Positions 62,697-64,000 of a stretch of 64,000 bases of DNA are shown in pieces. The notes under the pieces are model-generated. The model did no database searches, had not been told where the DNA came from, and was given only the letters and a program-made list of their open reading frames with translations. The position numbers and the translations under genes are program-made. Source of the DNA: Callorhinchus milii (lineage: Eukaryota); contig NW_024704743.1 of NCBI RefSeq assembly GCF_018977255.1, forward strand, positions 16,246,001 to 16,310,000, written 5' to 3'. Position 1 is the first letter of the stretch, and the number at the start of each line of letters is the position of its first letter.

Positions 62697-64000
62697 TCCA
62701 CCTCCTTGCCCCTCTATTCACAAACATCATAAACCTCTCCCTGTTCATTGGCACGCTTCCCACCCTTCTAAAAACGGGGATATCACTCCTACCCTTAAAA
62801 AATCCTCCCTGAACCCATCCCCGCTCTCAAACTTCCACACCATCTCCTACTTCACTTTCCTTTCCAAGCTCCTGGACCGAGTCATTGCTTCCCAGCTTCG
62901 CTCCTTCCTCTCCCACCACTCCCTTCATGAACACCTCCAATTGGGTTTCCGTGATGCCCGCAGCACAGAAACAGCTCTGGTCAAAGTGACAAATGATATT
63001 TTGTCCACCTATGACTAGGGCTCCCTCTGCTTCTTCGTCCTCCTTGACCTCTCTGCTACTTTCTATACCGTTGACCACTCTATCCTCCTCCACCCCCTCG
63101 CCTCTCATCTCAACCTTCATGGTTCTGTACTTGAATGGTTCAGATTCTACCTTTCACACTGTATCCATTTCATCTCTACAAATTGTTTCTCCCCGAGCTC
63201 CTGCATCATCTCATGCAGTGTTCCTCAGGGCTCTGTCCTTGGTGCCATCCTCTTTAATATCTATATGCTCCCTCTTGATAACATCATCCGCAGACGTGGG
63301 GTAAACTTCCACATGTATATGAATGATACCCAACCGTAGCTCTCTGCCTCCACCCTTGACTCCAGGACCACTGCTAACTTTTTGAGTTGAACGTCAGTGA
63401 GACTGAGGCTCTCCTAATTGGCTCCCGTCAGCGCCTCCACACCTCAGGTGCTGACAGCATCAGCATTCAAGGATGCACACTCCACCTTACTAAGCCAGTC
63501 CAGAACCTTGGTGTCTTGTTTGACCCTCAACTATCCTTTCTACCCCACATCCATGCCATGACCCACTCTGCTTTCCCCCACCTCTGAAACATCACACCAT
63601 TCCTCGCCACTGTCTAACACCCATTCATAACGTCCAGACTTGACTTTGCAAATAACCTGCTGTCAGCCTCCCCAACTCCTCCTTCTATAGGCTGCAGATC
63701 ATCCAGAACTCTGCAGCTCGGGTCCTCTCCCGCATCAGGTTCCATGACCCTATCACCCCCATCCTCACCCAACTCCACTGGCTTCTCATCATACAAAGGA
63801 TACAGTTCAAGATCCTGGTCCTCACCTTCAAAGTTCTCCATGGCCTCGCTCCCCCCTACCTCTGCATCCTCCTAACCACCTACCAACCTGCCCGCTGCCT
63901 CCATTCAGTGGGCTTCGGCCTGCTTCACATTCCCCGCCTCGCCCGCCCCACAATTGGCAGACGGACCTTCAGCCACTCTGCCCCCACCCTATACAATTCC
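62697..64000 (+). mobile_element. L2 LINE, 5'-truncated, running off the window end
   Basis: [66 protein letters not shown]; similar to 13780-15430 in the opposite orientation. Confidence 0.93.

Larger units (their letters stand above)
9376..64000 (-). other. POU6F2: Large upstream intron of POU6F2 (>54 kb, partial)
   Basis: The preceding POU6F2 exon (recalled ...GGIMTLPLQNLQ) was not found by eye or in the ORF track; the region is repeat-rich and has no credible host ORF. Confidence 0.65.

Overview
This is eukaryotic (vertebrate) genomic DNA, not prokaryotic. The repeat content (Deu-domain SINEs, a tRNA-Ala-like SINE with (TTA)n tail, L2 and CR1 LINEs) suggests a cartilaginous fish such as a chimaera; this is an inference from recalled repeat families. 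The only convincing host coding sequence is one 215-bp internal exon of the POU-homeodomain gene POU6F2 (RPF-1) on the minus strand (9161-9375). It encodes the polyglutamine segment ATSSLNSQ...SPLTPTNPLQ and has canonical AG/GT splice sites. I found neither neighbouring exon, so the rest appears intronic. The introns are full of retroposons: at least three subfamilies of a tRNA-headed SINE, older Deu-domain SINEs, 5'-truncated L2 copies, CR1 scraps and an unclassified A-tailed family. They also contain small DNA-transposon MITEs, microsatellites and a C-rich minisatellite inside an L2 relic. Several repeat-poor blocks rich in homeodomain motifs are candidate conserved enhancers. The other ORFs in the track are L2 remnants, low-complexity artefacts or chance. 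I found no convincing new multi-gene system. The most testable oddities are inverted SINEs bracketing the polyQ exon, tail sharing between SINEs and L2, and the unclassified retroposon family. All family names come from recall, not database searches, and repeat boundaries are approximate.
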